A stretch of DNA of 64,000 nucleotides, taken from positions 960,001-1,024,000 of the forward strand of contig CAXXDV010000001.1 of the NCBI GenBank assembly GCA_963674745.2. Reading direction: 5' to 3'. The stretch's first letter is position 1, and each line of letters begins with the position of its first letter. This stretch comes from Desulfosudaceae bacterium (GTDB lineage: Bacteria > Desulfobacterota > Desulfobacteria > Desulfobacterales > Desulfosudaceae). Both the position numbers and the translations under genes were made by a program. Under the pieces are notes generated by a model. That model was given only the letters and a program-made list of their open reading frames with translations. It was not told the DNA's origin and ran no database searches. Below, piece by piece: positions 39,589 through 48,308 of this stretch.

Positions 39589-40476
39589 TTAAGAAGCCCC
39601 CAAAAGTGTCCGGCTGAAAAAATCGGCCTGCAGGGCAGACAGCTTCTCAAACAGATCACCGACATAAACCTCAAAGTGGCCCACCGGCAAGACTTCCAGC
39701 TGAACGGATTTAATCCCGGCCGCGCATTTGCGAACCGCTTTTTCCGGAATAAGGGAGTCTTTTTCGGCACATATCATCAGCACCGGACAGTTGACGCGCG
39801 AGGCAAATTTTACCGGCCGGTAACTGGCCAGGGTCAGGGCGATCCTGGCCGGTGCCTTGTTTTCCCAGGTGGTATCCTGCGGCACCAGGGCCATAAAACC
39901 ATCCCTGGCGTCGGGTGTGTTCATCAGGCCGAAACGGTCGGGTTCGGAGATCACCGGCACATAATGCGCCTTGCCGACCAGTGACGCGAAAAAATCCATC
40001 AGCCCGTGACCGATACCGATAAGATTAAACAGGGGCGGCAGGCTCAGGGCCGTGGAGAGGCCGTCCACAAACGGCACCTGGGAAACCACCGCCGCGACCT
40101 GTCCGTCTCCGGCAGCGGCTGCCAGCACATGCCCGCCGGAAAAAGAAGTGCCCCAGAGGCCGATGCGGTTACCGTCCACCTGATCCAGCCTGCGAGCGAA
40201 TTCGATGGCCGCCAGCCAGTCTTCGACATGACGTTTGGGGGCGACCAGGTTTCTGGGCTCTCCGTCACTTTGGCCGAAATTACGGTAATCAAAGGTCATC
40301 ACCGCCAGCCCGCGTTCGACAAATTTTTCCGCGTAAGCCGGCAGGCGAAAATCCTGCTGAGCGCCGAATCCATGGGCCATAACCGCCACCGGCGGTTTTG
40401 CCGTTTCATCCGGCAAAAAAATCCTGGCCCCGCATCTGACGCCGCTGCTCTTAAAGTCTGTTTCCCGGACGATCAT
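39589..40476 (-). CDS. Alpha/beta hydrolase
   Basis: MAHGFG, FDYRNFGQSDG, nucleophile GTSFSGG, D(SLIP), GHF; ATG 40476 with SD AAGGAG. Confidence 0.9.
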   Translation of the reverse strand: MIVRETDFKSSGVRCGARIFLPDETAKPPVAVMAHGFGAQQDFRLPAYAEKFVERGLAVMTFDYRNFGQSDGEPRNLVAPKRHVEDWLAAIEFARRLDQVDGNRIGLWGTSFSGGHVLAAAAGDGQVAAVVSQVPFVDGLSTALSLPPLFNLIGIGHGLMDFFASLVGKAHYVPVISEPDRFGLMNTPDARDGFMALVPQDTTWENKAPARIALTLASYRPVKFASRVNCPVLMICAEKDSLIPEKAVRKCAAGIKSVQLEVLPVGHFEVYVGDLFEKLSALQADFFSRTLLGAS

Positions 40477-40528
40477 GTTTTCTCCTTCGCGCCTCATCCG
40501 GAGAGTGCCCCTGAAATGTTGTACGCCA

Positions 40529-41710
40529 CTAGGCCGCCCGGTAATCCCGGGAAGAATCGGGAACATCAAAATCCAGGGCATCAAAGACCGGTTTGTAAAT
40601 GGTCATCATTTCGCTCATGTCTATCCCGAACTGCTCCAGTGAGTAGCTGTGCCGGCTGACATAGCCGCGCGATCGCATGGATTCTTCTTTCAGTTTCAGC
40701 TCAAACTCAGGATTCAAAGGGAGATGGAAAGTGGCATAAATATGCCGTATGTGGGCTTCCAGGTCTTTGATCAGGTCATCATACCGTGAGGTAAAAAACT
40801 TGTCCGGTTTAAAGTCAGGCCTCTGTTCAATGGGATACATGTAACCGTTATAAATAAACGCCATAAGTTCCTGCTTATGCTCAAAAACATTCTTGAGTTT
40901 CATACCGAAGATCCCGAAAAAGAGCGCCTGCAGGCTGAAATCGGAAGGGACCAGCTCCATGGGCGTCCGCACCGGATTAATCACCCTCACGTCCGGACAC
41001 ATCTGCTGGATCGACTTGATTTTAAATGAACAGGCGGGGTTTTTTGACAGAAAGATCTTGTCCGGCCCATGAAAATAAAGGTGCCGCTGGATACAGCGTT
41101 TGTAGAAAGCCATGATAAACCGTTTTTCTTTTTTCGACATCAGGTGGTCGAAATAAAAAAGCTTTCTGACATGCTCGAAATATGGAAACATGAAAGAGAT
41201 AAAAAACGTGCTGAAGGTATTGAGCAGCAGCAGATCGTCCTCTTCGTTTTCAAACAGGCTTACCCGGCGAATATCATATGTCGATTTAAACAGCAGCCAG
41301 TCCATGGCCCGGACAATCTTGTACAACAGGCCGAACAACAAAAGGGCATCCAGCCGGTTGATCAGCATCAACAGCTTTCGTTGCACCACCGACGGCGCGA
41401 ACACCAGTTCCCACAGCAAAAAGCTGGTGAACTGACTGTCTTTGGACATGGTCCGGTGAAGATGAGTGGCACCGCTTCTGGGAACACCGAATATAAATAC
41501 CGGTGCCTTGATTTTCACTTTTCGAAACCCGGGATAAAAAACATGATCCAGCGCCAGGCAGATCCAATTGATGGCGATATTCACCAGAATCAACGGCACC
41601 ATCACCGCCAGGCAGAAAATCCGGTATGGACTCAAAGGTGTTCCGTACTTTCGGCCATTGAAGATGGCAATAAGATACAATTTTGCCACAAGCAAAAAAT
41701 TAAAAAACAT
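40529..41710 (-). CDS. PAPS-dependent sulfotransferase family protein with N-terminal membrane anchor
   Basis: PVFIFGVPRSGATHLH (5'-PSB loop), ENEED, LSKNP, VRTP..S, RYDDL..D. Confidence 0.85.
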   Translation of the reverse strand: MFFNFLLVAKLYLIAIFNGRKYGTPLSPYRIFCLAVMVPLILVNIAINWICLALDHVFYPGFRKVKIKAPVFIFGVPRSGATHLHRTMSKDSQFTSFLLWELVFAPSVVQRKLLMLINRLDALLLFGLLYKIVRAMDWLLFKSTYDIRRVSLFENEEDDLLLLNTFSTFFISFMFPYFEHVRKLFYFDHLMSKKEKRFIMAFYKRCIQRHLYFHGPDKIFLSKNPACSFKIKSIQQMCPDVRVINPVRTPMELVPSDFSLQALFFGIFGMKLKNVFEHKQELMAFIYNGYMYPIEQRPDFKPDKFFTSRYDDLIKDLEAHIRHIYATFHLPLNPEFELKLKEESMRSRGYVSRHSYSLEQFGIDMSEMMTIYKPVFDALDFDVPDSSRDYRAA

Positions 41711-41762
41711 ATTCCCCCCCACAGAGAATCTAGACAACCGTAGAAAAATTTCCCGTACAACT

Positions 41763-41804
41763 AAAAAAGCCGGGATACCCCTGTTACATCAGGGCATCCC
41801 GGCT
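41763..41804 (-). terminator. Intrinsic terminator forming the riboswitch expression platform
   Basis: Minus strand AGCCGGGAUGCCC-UGAUGUAACAG-GGGUAUCCCGGCU followed by a U-tract; the 5' arm overlaps the aptamer 3' end. Confidence 0.85.
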
Positions 41805-41868
41805 GTCTTTTAAAAAGATCCTGGGCTTTCCGCTCCCGGATGTCCGGGATTAGCTTTTTCCTGATCTT
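41786..41868 (-). ncRNA. GEMM-I (c-di-GMP-I / c-AMP-GMP class) riboswitch aptamer
   Basis: Minus strand AUCAGG-AAAAAG-CUAA-UCCCGGACAUCCGGGA-GCGGAAAG-CCCAGGAUCUUUUUAAAAGACAGCCGGGAUGC-CCUGAU; P1 AUCAGG/CCUGAU; conserved CUAA, CGGAAAG and ACAGCCGGGAUGCC. Confidence 0.85.
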
Positions 41869-41901
41869 AACCACTAATTAAGAACAACATTCACTAACCG
41901 A

Positions 41902-41930
41902 ACGGTATGTTATTGCCTCCTTGCTGTCAA
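41902..41930 (-). promoter_or_regulatory. Sigma70 promoter driving the riboswitch leader
   Basis: TTGACA (41930-41925), N17, TACCGT (41907-41902). Confidence 0.65.
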
Positions 41931-42070
41931 CAAAAAAATTCAGGTAATATGTTGTTTTATTGGTCTAAACAAAAGCCACCGGATACTTTCACTTCTTATC
42001 AGCCGATATATCAGCCCCATATTCGACCAGTCGTTCGACTAAGGTCCCGGTATGTAATTCAAACAGATGG

Positions 42071-43339
42071 TTATCGTAGGCTCCGCTTTTTCTTTGCCTT
42101 TACACCGTACTTTTTGCGATTTCGATCAATTTTTATGGCTGTCATCAACCCCTTGTCCCGCACGGCAAACATCTTCAGCCCCAGGCGGCCCATGTTAAAA
42201 AAACGCTTTCCGTATTTGCTTAATTCTTTCTCGTTAATTTCAAATCCCAGTCCCGGCAGCCTTGGCGGATTCAGTACCCCGCGATCATGGTGAAACTTTT
42301 CAACCAGCAGCCCGTCGCGTTTATCCACCACCCATGACGGTGGATTAAGCGGATACTCAAGAGGCTTGCGGCCGTTGAAACCACTGGCCAGCATAAGCTG
42401 AAGGTTCACGGCAAAACCGATGCCGTTGGTCCAGGTATGGGGTGTGTATAAAAGATCGTTTTCGCGACACAGCCTGGCCACTTCCATTGTCTGGGCGATA
42501 CCGCCGGTCATGATGGCATCCGGTTGAAAAATATGATAACATTTTCGCTCGATCATCATCTTCAGCTCGGCAAACCCGTTGGTATGGATTTCTCCGCCAC
42601 TGATGGGCACCCGGCTGTAAGCGGTCAGGGCGGCCTGATCGTCATAAGCGTCCATGGGCAGGGGTTCCTCCAGCCAGGCCACGCCCAGGTCGGCACAGGC
42701 ATCGGCAAAATTTTTAGCCCGCGCAAGGTCCCACAGGGGGGCATCATTGACAATGGTCACCCGCCAGGCCTGGTTGGCATCCACGCCGATATTAATTTTA
42801 TCACCCATGGCCACGGCCACGGCTTCCACCTGGGCAATGTCCTTTTTAATATCAAAGTCATGCACCCGCAGCTTGACGCTTTTAAAGCCCTCTTCATAGC
42901 GCTGCTGAACTTCTTCCACCCGCGCCCGGGGTGATTTCACCTCCCCGGTTGACGCATACAGCGCGACCGGTTCGTGTTGACCGCCCAGCAGTTCATATAC
43001 GGGCTTGTTTTCCAGCTTGCCCGAGATGTCCCAGAAAGCGGGCTCCATCCAGTTGGCGCGAACCCCGAGGTAGGACACTTCCCGCAGACGCTGCTGGATC
43101 AGCGGAATATCAGTGGCATCAACATCGATCAGGTAGGGTGTGATCAGTTCTCCCAGGCCTCTGCGCTCGGTGGAGATGGCCGGGCCGGCGGAATATCCCT
43201 GAACGCCGCTTGCCGTGGTCACACGGACAAGGTCAAACCGGTTTTCGGTCTGGGGATACCCCGGAATCCAGCTGGGATAAAACGGTTTATCAAGGGGGAT
43301 ACGAACATGAAACAGTTCAATGCGTGAAATTTGGCTCAT
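42071..43339 (-). CDS. Mandelate racemase/muconate lactonizing enzyme (enolase superfamily) protein
   Basis: AFWDISGK..PVYELLGG, KSVKLR, VDANQ, WLEEP, SGGE, QPD, PHTW, PGLGFE. Confidence 0.92.
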   Translation of the reverse strand: MSQISRIELFHVRIPLDKPFYPSWIPGYPQTENRFDLVRVTTASGVQGYSAGPAISTERRGLGELITPYLIDVDATDIPLIQQRLREVSYLGVRANWMEPAFWDISGKLENKPVYELLGGQHEPVALYASTGEVKSPRARVEEVQQRYEEGFKSVKLRVHDFDIKKDIAQVEAVAVAMGDKINIGVDANQAWRVTIVNDAPLWDLARAKNFADACADLGVAWLEEPLPMDAYDDQAALTAYSRVPISGGEIHTNGFAELKMMIERKCYHIFQPDAIMTGGIAQTMEVARLCRENDLLYTPHTWTNGIGFAVNLQLMLASGFNGRKPLEYPLNPPSWVVDKRDGLLVEKFHHDRGVLNPPRLPGLGFEINEKELSKYGKRFFNMGRLGLKMFAVRDKGLMTAIKIDRNRKKYGVKAKKKRSLR

Positions 43340-43561
43340 GGTCTGCTCCTGAAAATGGGATTAATTTGTTTTACCATATTTTCAATTTTATGCCAGCCTG
43401 GAAACGCTCCTGTCGAAAAATCGGGACAGGCCTGCCCGCTGACGCTCATCCGCTATGGCGCTTCCGGAAATTTGTTTGAAAACAAACCCTAAACATGATA
43501 CACAAAGAGACAGTATATATTTGTTTTCTTTAGAACATATTGTTACCCGGAATGGAATCGA

Positions 43562-44566
43562 ATGTCTGTTTATACCCGCCAGCTGATGAATTGCGTGGAA
43601 ATCGGCAAGGCCGTTACTTCGGCCGCCAACATGGAGGAAATTACCGCCGTCATCCTCAAGCGCCTCAGCGAATTGATCAAGGCCCGGAACTGGACATTAT
43701 ATCTGCTGGACCATGAACGCGAGGAGCTGATCTTCGCCCTGGTGATGGGGCTGGATTATAATCTGGTCAAAGATCAACGCATTAAGCTGGGAGAGGGTAT
43801 TGCCGGTAAAGTGGCCCTGACCGGAGAACCCATTTCCGTTCGCAAAGAAGTGGGGCACGACCCGCGCTTCAACCCGGAGATCGACTCGCTGACGGGGTTT
43901 AAGACGAAATCCATCATATGTATCCCGCTTAAAGCCCAGGGCCGTGTGATCGGTGTGCTGGAAGTGATCAATCCTCAGGACACATCGCTTTTTGAAGACG
44001 ACTATCAGCCGATCCTGTCCATTCTGGCGGATTTCACCGCCATCGGCATCGTCAACGCCCGGGTCTATGAAGAAATCAACCGCCTGGTCATTACCGATGA
44101 TGTCACCGGCTGTTACAACACCCGTTTCCTGCATGATTTCCTGAAACAGGTCATCGACAGCGGGCAGGAAGTTTCCCTGGTGTTTCTCGATCTGGACGAC
44201 TTTAAAAGCGTGGTGGACACACACGGACACCAGCTTGGCAGTAAAATGCTAAAAGAGGTGGCGACCACCCTGGTGGACAGCGTTGATCGCCAGGACCGCC
44301 TGGTCCATTACGGAGGGGACGAGTTTGTGATTATCTTTCCGGGGCAGGACAAGGCCACGGCCCTGGCCAAGGTTGATAAAATTCGAAACACGCTTGAGAA
44401 AACGGCGTTCCTTCAGGAAGAAGGCCTCCAGGTCCCCATCAGCGCCAGTTTCGGCGTCGCCGGCTGCCCTCATGACGCGCCGGATCAGAAAAGCCTGCTC
44501 CAGCTGGCCGACAACGCGCTCTACCGCAGCAAGGATAAAGGCAAAAACGCGGTCACGGTGATGTAA
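43562..44566 (+). CDS. GAF-GGDEF dinucleotide cyclase with Hypr-type Asp->Ser substitution
   Basis: GAF (GEGIAGKVA..DPRF..TGFKTKSIICIPL..IGVLEVIN); DLDDFKSVVDTHGHQLGS; YGGDEF; ADNALYRSK..GKN. Confidence 0.9.
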   Translation: MSVYTRQLMNCVEIGKAVTSAANMEEITAVILKRLSELIKARNWTLYLLDHEREELIFALVMGLDYNLVKDQRIKLGEGIAGKVALTGEPISVRKEVGHDPRFNPEIDSLTGFKTKSIICIPLKAQGRVIGVLEVINPQDTSLFEDDYQPILSILADFTAIGIVNARVYEEINRLVITDDVTGCYNTRFLHDFLKQVIDSGQEVSLVFLDLDDFKSVVDTHGHQLGSKMLKEVATTLVDSVDRQDRLVHYGGDEFVIIFPGQDKATALAKVDKIRNTLEKTAFLQEEGLQVPISASFGVAGCPHDAPDQKSLLQLADNALYRSKDKGKNAVTVM

Positions 44567-44574
44567 CCGACGAT

Positions 44575-46173
44575 CTACTGTTTGCGCGTCCAACCCTCAT
44601 ATCTTTTACAGGCCTCCTCATGCCCCAGGTCGCAGGCCTGTTTCAGATCTTCCAGGGCGTGTTCCATATCATCGTTATGATAATGGGTGCCGAATCTTTC
44701 GTAATACGCATCCGCATGATCCGGTACCAGGGAAATATAGTCGTTCCAGTAGGCGATAATCGTCTCCCACCGACGGTCACGGACAAGAATGTAATCGATC
44801 ATGCGATAGGATTCAAAGTGGCGCGGGTCTATGGCGATGGCGGATTGAAAATCCATCAGCGCCGCATCAAACGCCTTTAAATCGTAATGGGCACGGCCCC
44901 GCCAGAAATAAGCGTCCACGTTTTCTTCATCAAACGCAAGCGACAGGTTATATTTCTCAATCGCGCCCTGATGATCGCCTTTAAACTGTTTATGCCCCTC
45001 GTGCATAATGATATTGGACGCTTTTTCTTTCCACCCGATGATATCCGGATCGACCGGGTTGATAAGCATGGCCCTTTCCAGGTCCGCCTTTGATTCATCA
45101 TACTGCTCCCGTGCCAGATAGACAACCGACCTGATCCGGTAACCGTCTGCCTTTGTCGGCCTTAATTCGATACTTCGATTGACATATTCAAGCGCCCGGT
45201 CATAGTCCTTGATGTTATAACAGTAAATTCTGGCCAGATCACTATAGATGATACACAAATCACCGAATGACAGGGCCTTGTTCAAAAGATCAATCGCTTC
45301 CTGATATTTTTTTTTATGGCGATATACCCTGGCCTGATCAAGGTAAATCAGCCCGTACAGCGCGCCAAGGGAAGGGTTAACTTCCATGTGCGCCTCGGCC
45401 TTTTTCACCAGGGCTTCCATCTGCGAATAGCTTCCGCCCCACCGGGGCTGTTTTGACCACATTGCCGAGAACAGGACAAGCGACGAAGAAGGAAACAATT
45501 CCATGCCGTGTTTAATTGTCCTGTCTTCCAGCACATCCTCGCCATCGCAGTTATAAATTCCGATTAAGACGGGATAAACGATCAGCAGGTCGGGATGAAG
45601 GGCCAACGCCTGATCAATATTCCTGAGTGCTTCTGAAAAAAAATGGCGCATTCCTTTGAACTGCGCATCGGAAGTCTCTCCGGCCCAATCGGTTCCTCTG
45701 CTCGCCAGGCCTCTTTCATAGTTATACAGGGCAAAGGCCAGATAGGGCTGATAGGCATCAGGGGAATGATGGATCCACTGTTTAAAATACGTTTCATTGT
45801 CCGAATCGGGCACGGCCAGGGATGTATACGCATCGGACAGCTTGTATTCGTTGGCCGGGTCCGCTTCAAACGCCTTCTGATAACCGTTTAGGATCTCATT
45901 TAAAGCATCAAAATCTCCGCTTTTGAGCATCTCCCGCAACCGGGCCATTTGCCGGTAATCAATCGTTTCCGGGGCAAGGGCTGAAGCAGGGAGATCCGGT
46001 GCGGCCTGTGTTACTTCATACACGTCGCCTTTCCAGAGACGTGCCGCCAGGTTGAAAAGACCACTATGAAGATCAAAATGCCTGATGGTGATGATGGATA
46101 TTGATATGATCACCACCAGAAACACCGCGGTCAACAAGAATGGGGTTAAACCACTTCTATTGCCATCATCCAT
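44575..46173 (-). CDS. Membrane-anchored DUF4034-like + TPR repeat protein
   Basis: N-terminal TM; ASRGTDWA and QPRWGGSY motifs; several TPR-like repeats; ends ACDLGHEEAC. Confidence 0.8.
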   Translation of the reverse strand: MDDGNRSGLTPFLLTAVFLVVIISISIITIRHFDLHSGLFNLAARLWKGDVYEVTQAAPDLPASALAPETIDYRQMARLREMLKSGDFDALNEILNGYQKAFEADPANEYKLSDAYTSLAVPDSDNETYFKQWIHHSPDAYQPYLAFALYNYERGLASRGTDWAGETSDAQFKGMRHFFSEALRNIDQALALHPDLLIVYPVLIGIYNCDGEDVLEDRTIKHGMELFPSSSLVLFSAMWSKQPRWGGSYSQMEALVKKAEAHMEVNPSLGALYGLIYLDQARVYRHKKKYQEAIDLLNKALSFGDLCIIYSDLARIYCYNIKDYDRALEYVNRSIELRPTKADGYRIRSVVYLAREQYDESKADLERAMLINPVDPDIIGWKEKASNIIMHEGHKQFKGDHQGAIEKYNLSLAFDEENVDAYFWRGRAHYDLKAFDAALMDFQSAIAIDPRHFESYRMIDYILVRDRRWETIIAYWNDYISLVPDHADAYYERFGTHYHNDDMEHALEDLKQACDLGHEEACKRYEGWTRKQ

Positions 46174-46211
46174 CCCCCCCCCTTTTTTTCACAAACCTGT
46201 CTGTTTTAGAT

Positions 46212-47039
46212 TCAGTCGCACTTTATCTCGGCGGCCGCATCCGGATCAAACGGGTTAATCCGTACTGCCAATGAAAAAAGATATTTATAATTCAATTGCA
46301 GATATCGTATATAGCGCAACCATTCGGACACCAGCAATTTGTATACCCGGGCCATATCCCCTTCCAGATGTCTGCGGTCCGTTTCAGGCACATCAGACAG
46401 GTCTTTCCGGTTTAACAGTTCATCCCGCAGGTGAAACAGGGCACGAAGAAGTTCCGTAAAACGCTCATGTTCCTGAATGTTCGGATTTTCAAGCAGCCGC
46501 AACAAAAAATCGCCGTTTTCCCGCAGAAAAGCCAGTAATGCAGGCCCGTCACCGCCAGCAAAGTCGATTGAGAAATGATGCTGCCGGATAAAACCATCGG
46601 CCCTGACAAAGTCTTCTTTTTTCCAGTCCGATGAAACTTTCAGCTCCTTTTGAAGCGCTGCAAGCCCAGGATCATATCCCGCAAACCGCCTTAACAGCGC
46701 GTTACCGATTTCACTGAAAAACAACCCGGTGACCATATCGATTTTCTGCTGCCTGGCCGCTTCTTCGCGGCGATTGACAAACACATCCGTAATACTGGCA
46801 ATAACACCGAGAAAAGTGCCCACACCGCCGATGATAATGACCAGGGTCAGGAGCTTACCGATACCGGTCACGGGATGAAGATCGCCATACCCGACGGTCG
46901 CCATGGTAACAATGGAAAAATAGACGGCGTCGGTCAAAGACATGCCCTCAAACGCCATGAAGCCGATGATACCGGCCAGCAGCAGCCCCGTGAAGACCGC
47001 CAGATATACTTTAAGGCGAAAATTCGTCTTGTCGCTCAT
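46212..47039 (-). CDS. 2-TM potassium channel family protein without an RCK domain
   Basis: DAVYFSIVTMATVGYGD selectivity filter; helical cytoplasmic C-domain. Confidence 0.88.
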   Translation of the reverse strand: MSDKTNFRLKVYLAVFTGLLLAGIIGFMAFEGMSLTDAVYFSIVTMATVGYGDLHPVTGIGKLLTLVIIIGGVGTFLGVIASITDVFVNRREEAARQQKIDMVTGLFFSEIGNALLRRFAGYDPGLAALQKELKVSSDWKKEDFVRADGFIRQHHFSIDFAGGDGPALLAFLRENGDFLLRLLENPNIQEHERFTELLRALFHLRDELLNRKDLSDVPETDRRHLEGDMARVYKLLVSEWLRYIRYLQLNYKYLFSLAVRINPFDPDAAAEIKCD

Positions 47040-47048
47040 AACTGTCCC

Positions 47049-47846
47049 TTATGCTTTCAGCCGCTTTTCGATTTCGGTTTCCGATATATGATAAAGCGCG
47101 TCAATAAAACAGACCTGGAAGCTGCCCGGACCGGCGGCGTTTTCGGCCGCTATTTCTCCGGCAATACCCATAACGGCCATGGCATGGGCCGCGGCCTGGT
47201 CATAATCCGGATTGACTGCGGCAAAAGCCCCGCACAGGGCGGTGGCCGTGCAGCCCAGCCCCGTAACACGCGGCATCAGGGAATGGCCGTTTTTTACTTC
47301 CACCACGACTCGGGAGGATACGATAAAATCAACGGCTCCTGTCACGCAAACCGCGCAGGAAAAATCCCGGGCCAGGACTTTGGCCGCGTCAACGGCCTGG
47401 CCTGAAGCACGGGTACTGTCGACACCTTTGGTGCTCACCTCTTCTTCACAAAGCGCCAGGATCTCCGAAGCGTTTCCCCGGATAATCGCGGGTGCACCTG
47501 CCCGCATGAGCGATTTGGCCGTCCGGGTGCGGTACGCCGTGGCCCCGGCCCCTACCGGGTCCAAAACAATGGGAATATTCCGCTGGGCGGCTTTTTCAAC
47601 AGCCTTGTACATGGCCGCGATCCAATCATCGCTCAAAGTGCCGATATTAATGACCAGGGCGCCGGCAATCCCGGCCATGTCCTCAACTTCGGGCAGGGCA
47701 TGGGCCATGACCGGCGAAGCGCCAATGGCCAGAAGGGCGTTGGCAGTGATGTTCATCACCACGTAGTTGGTAATGTTGTGGATCAGGGGCGTCTGCTTTC
47801 TGATTTCGTTAACATCACTGAAAATGGATGTTGCTGTCAGGGCCAT
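47049..47846 (-). CDS. thiM: Hydroxyethylthiazole kinase
   Basis: PLIHNITNYVV..ANALLAIGASPVMA, INIGTL, LDPVGAGAT, IRGNASEI, VTGLGC, GPGSF; ATG 47846 with SD AAGGAG. Confidence 0.95.
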   Translation of the reverse strand: MALTATSIFSDVNEIRKQTPLIHNITNYVVMNITANALLAIGASPVMAHALPEVEDMAGIAGALVINIGTLSDDWIAAMYKAVEKAAQRNIPIVLDPVGAGATAYRTRTAKSLMRAGAPAIIRGNASEILALCEEEVSTKGVDSTRASGQAVDAAKVLARDFSCAVCVTGAVDFIVSSRVVVEVKNGHSLMPRVTGLGCTATALCGAFAAVNPDYDQAAAHAMAVMGIAGEIAAENAAGPGSFQVCFIDALYHISETEIEKRLKA

Positions 47847-48046
47847 GGGTTTTCTCCTTTTTGCCGGACATGATAGCGGTCTTTTGGTTATTTTGTAAAA
47901 CAACCCAACATAATTTACAACCATTTGTACTTTAATGGTTAATCATTCATCGTCAAAAAACTCATGAAATATCCGGGTTTGCCAGGCCGGCCGTGTGTGT
48001 AAATGATTTTCCGGCCGCCGGAAGATATACACTTATACAAAAAGCC

Positions 48047-48085
48047 TTGACAACCCCATGCTTTAATTTATTATACATCTGTACA
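48047..48085 (+). promoter_or_regulatory. Putative sigma70 promoter for dctP with near-palindromic operator
   Basis: TTGACA (48047), N16, TATTAT (48069-48074); TATACA-TC-TGTACA at 48072-48085. Confidence 0.45.
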
Positions 48086-48145
48086 AAAAATTTGCTTGTT
48101 TATTACCTTGTGCCCATCGGTAAAAAAATAAAGGCACAAGTAAAC

Positions 48146-48286
48146 GTTTCCCATCCATAAATGGCCTTTTTCCGCAAGGTCAAGGAAAACAAGGGGTTTT
48201 GCGGAAGCGTACTGTTCGTGCGCCGCACAAATGCGCCCGCAGCTTGACACATAGATTGCGGCAAAAGGCCATTTATGGATGGAAAC
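48146..48286. mobile_element. MITE-like element of about 141 bp with about 31-bp terminal inverted repeats
   Basis: Left GTTTCCCATCCATAAATGGCCTTTTTCCGCAA (48146-48177) versus reverse complement of right GTTTCCATCCATAAATGGCCTTTTGCCGCAA (48256-48286); no credible internal gene. Confidence 0.7.
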
Positions 48287-48308
48287 CACCTAAGAGGGAG
48301 GCATAAGC

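Noticed and set aside
46174..46189. G9/A7 homopolymer before the TPR gene start as a phase-variation tract
   Set aside because: It lies outside the reading frame, and G-runs also precede starts at 20001 and 41710, so it is probably a G-rich SD.
47847..48046. TPP riboswitch upstream of thiM
   Set aside because: I could not find the conserved CUGAGA or the downstream CUGAU...AUxCxxGCGxAGG elements on the minus strand.
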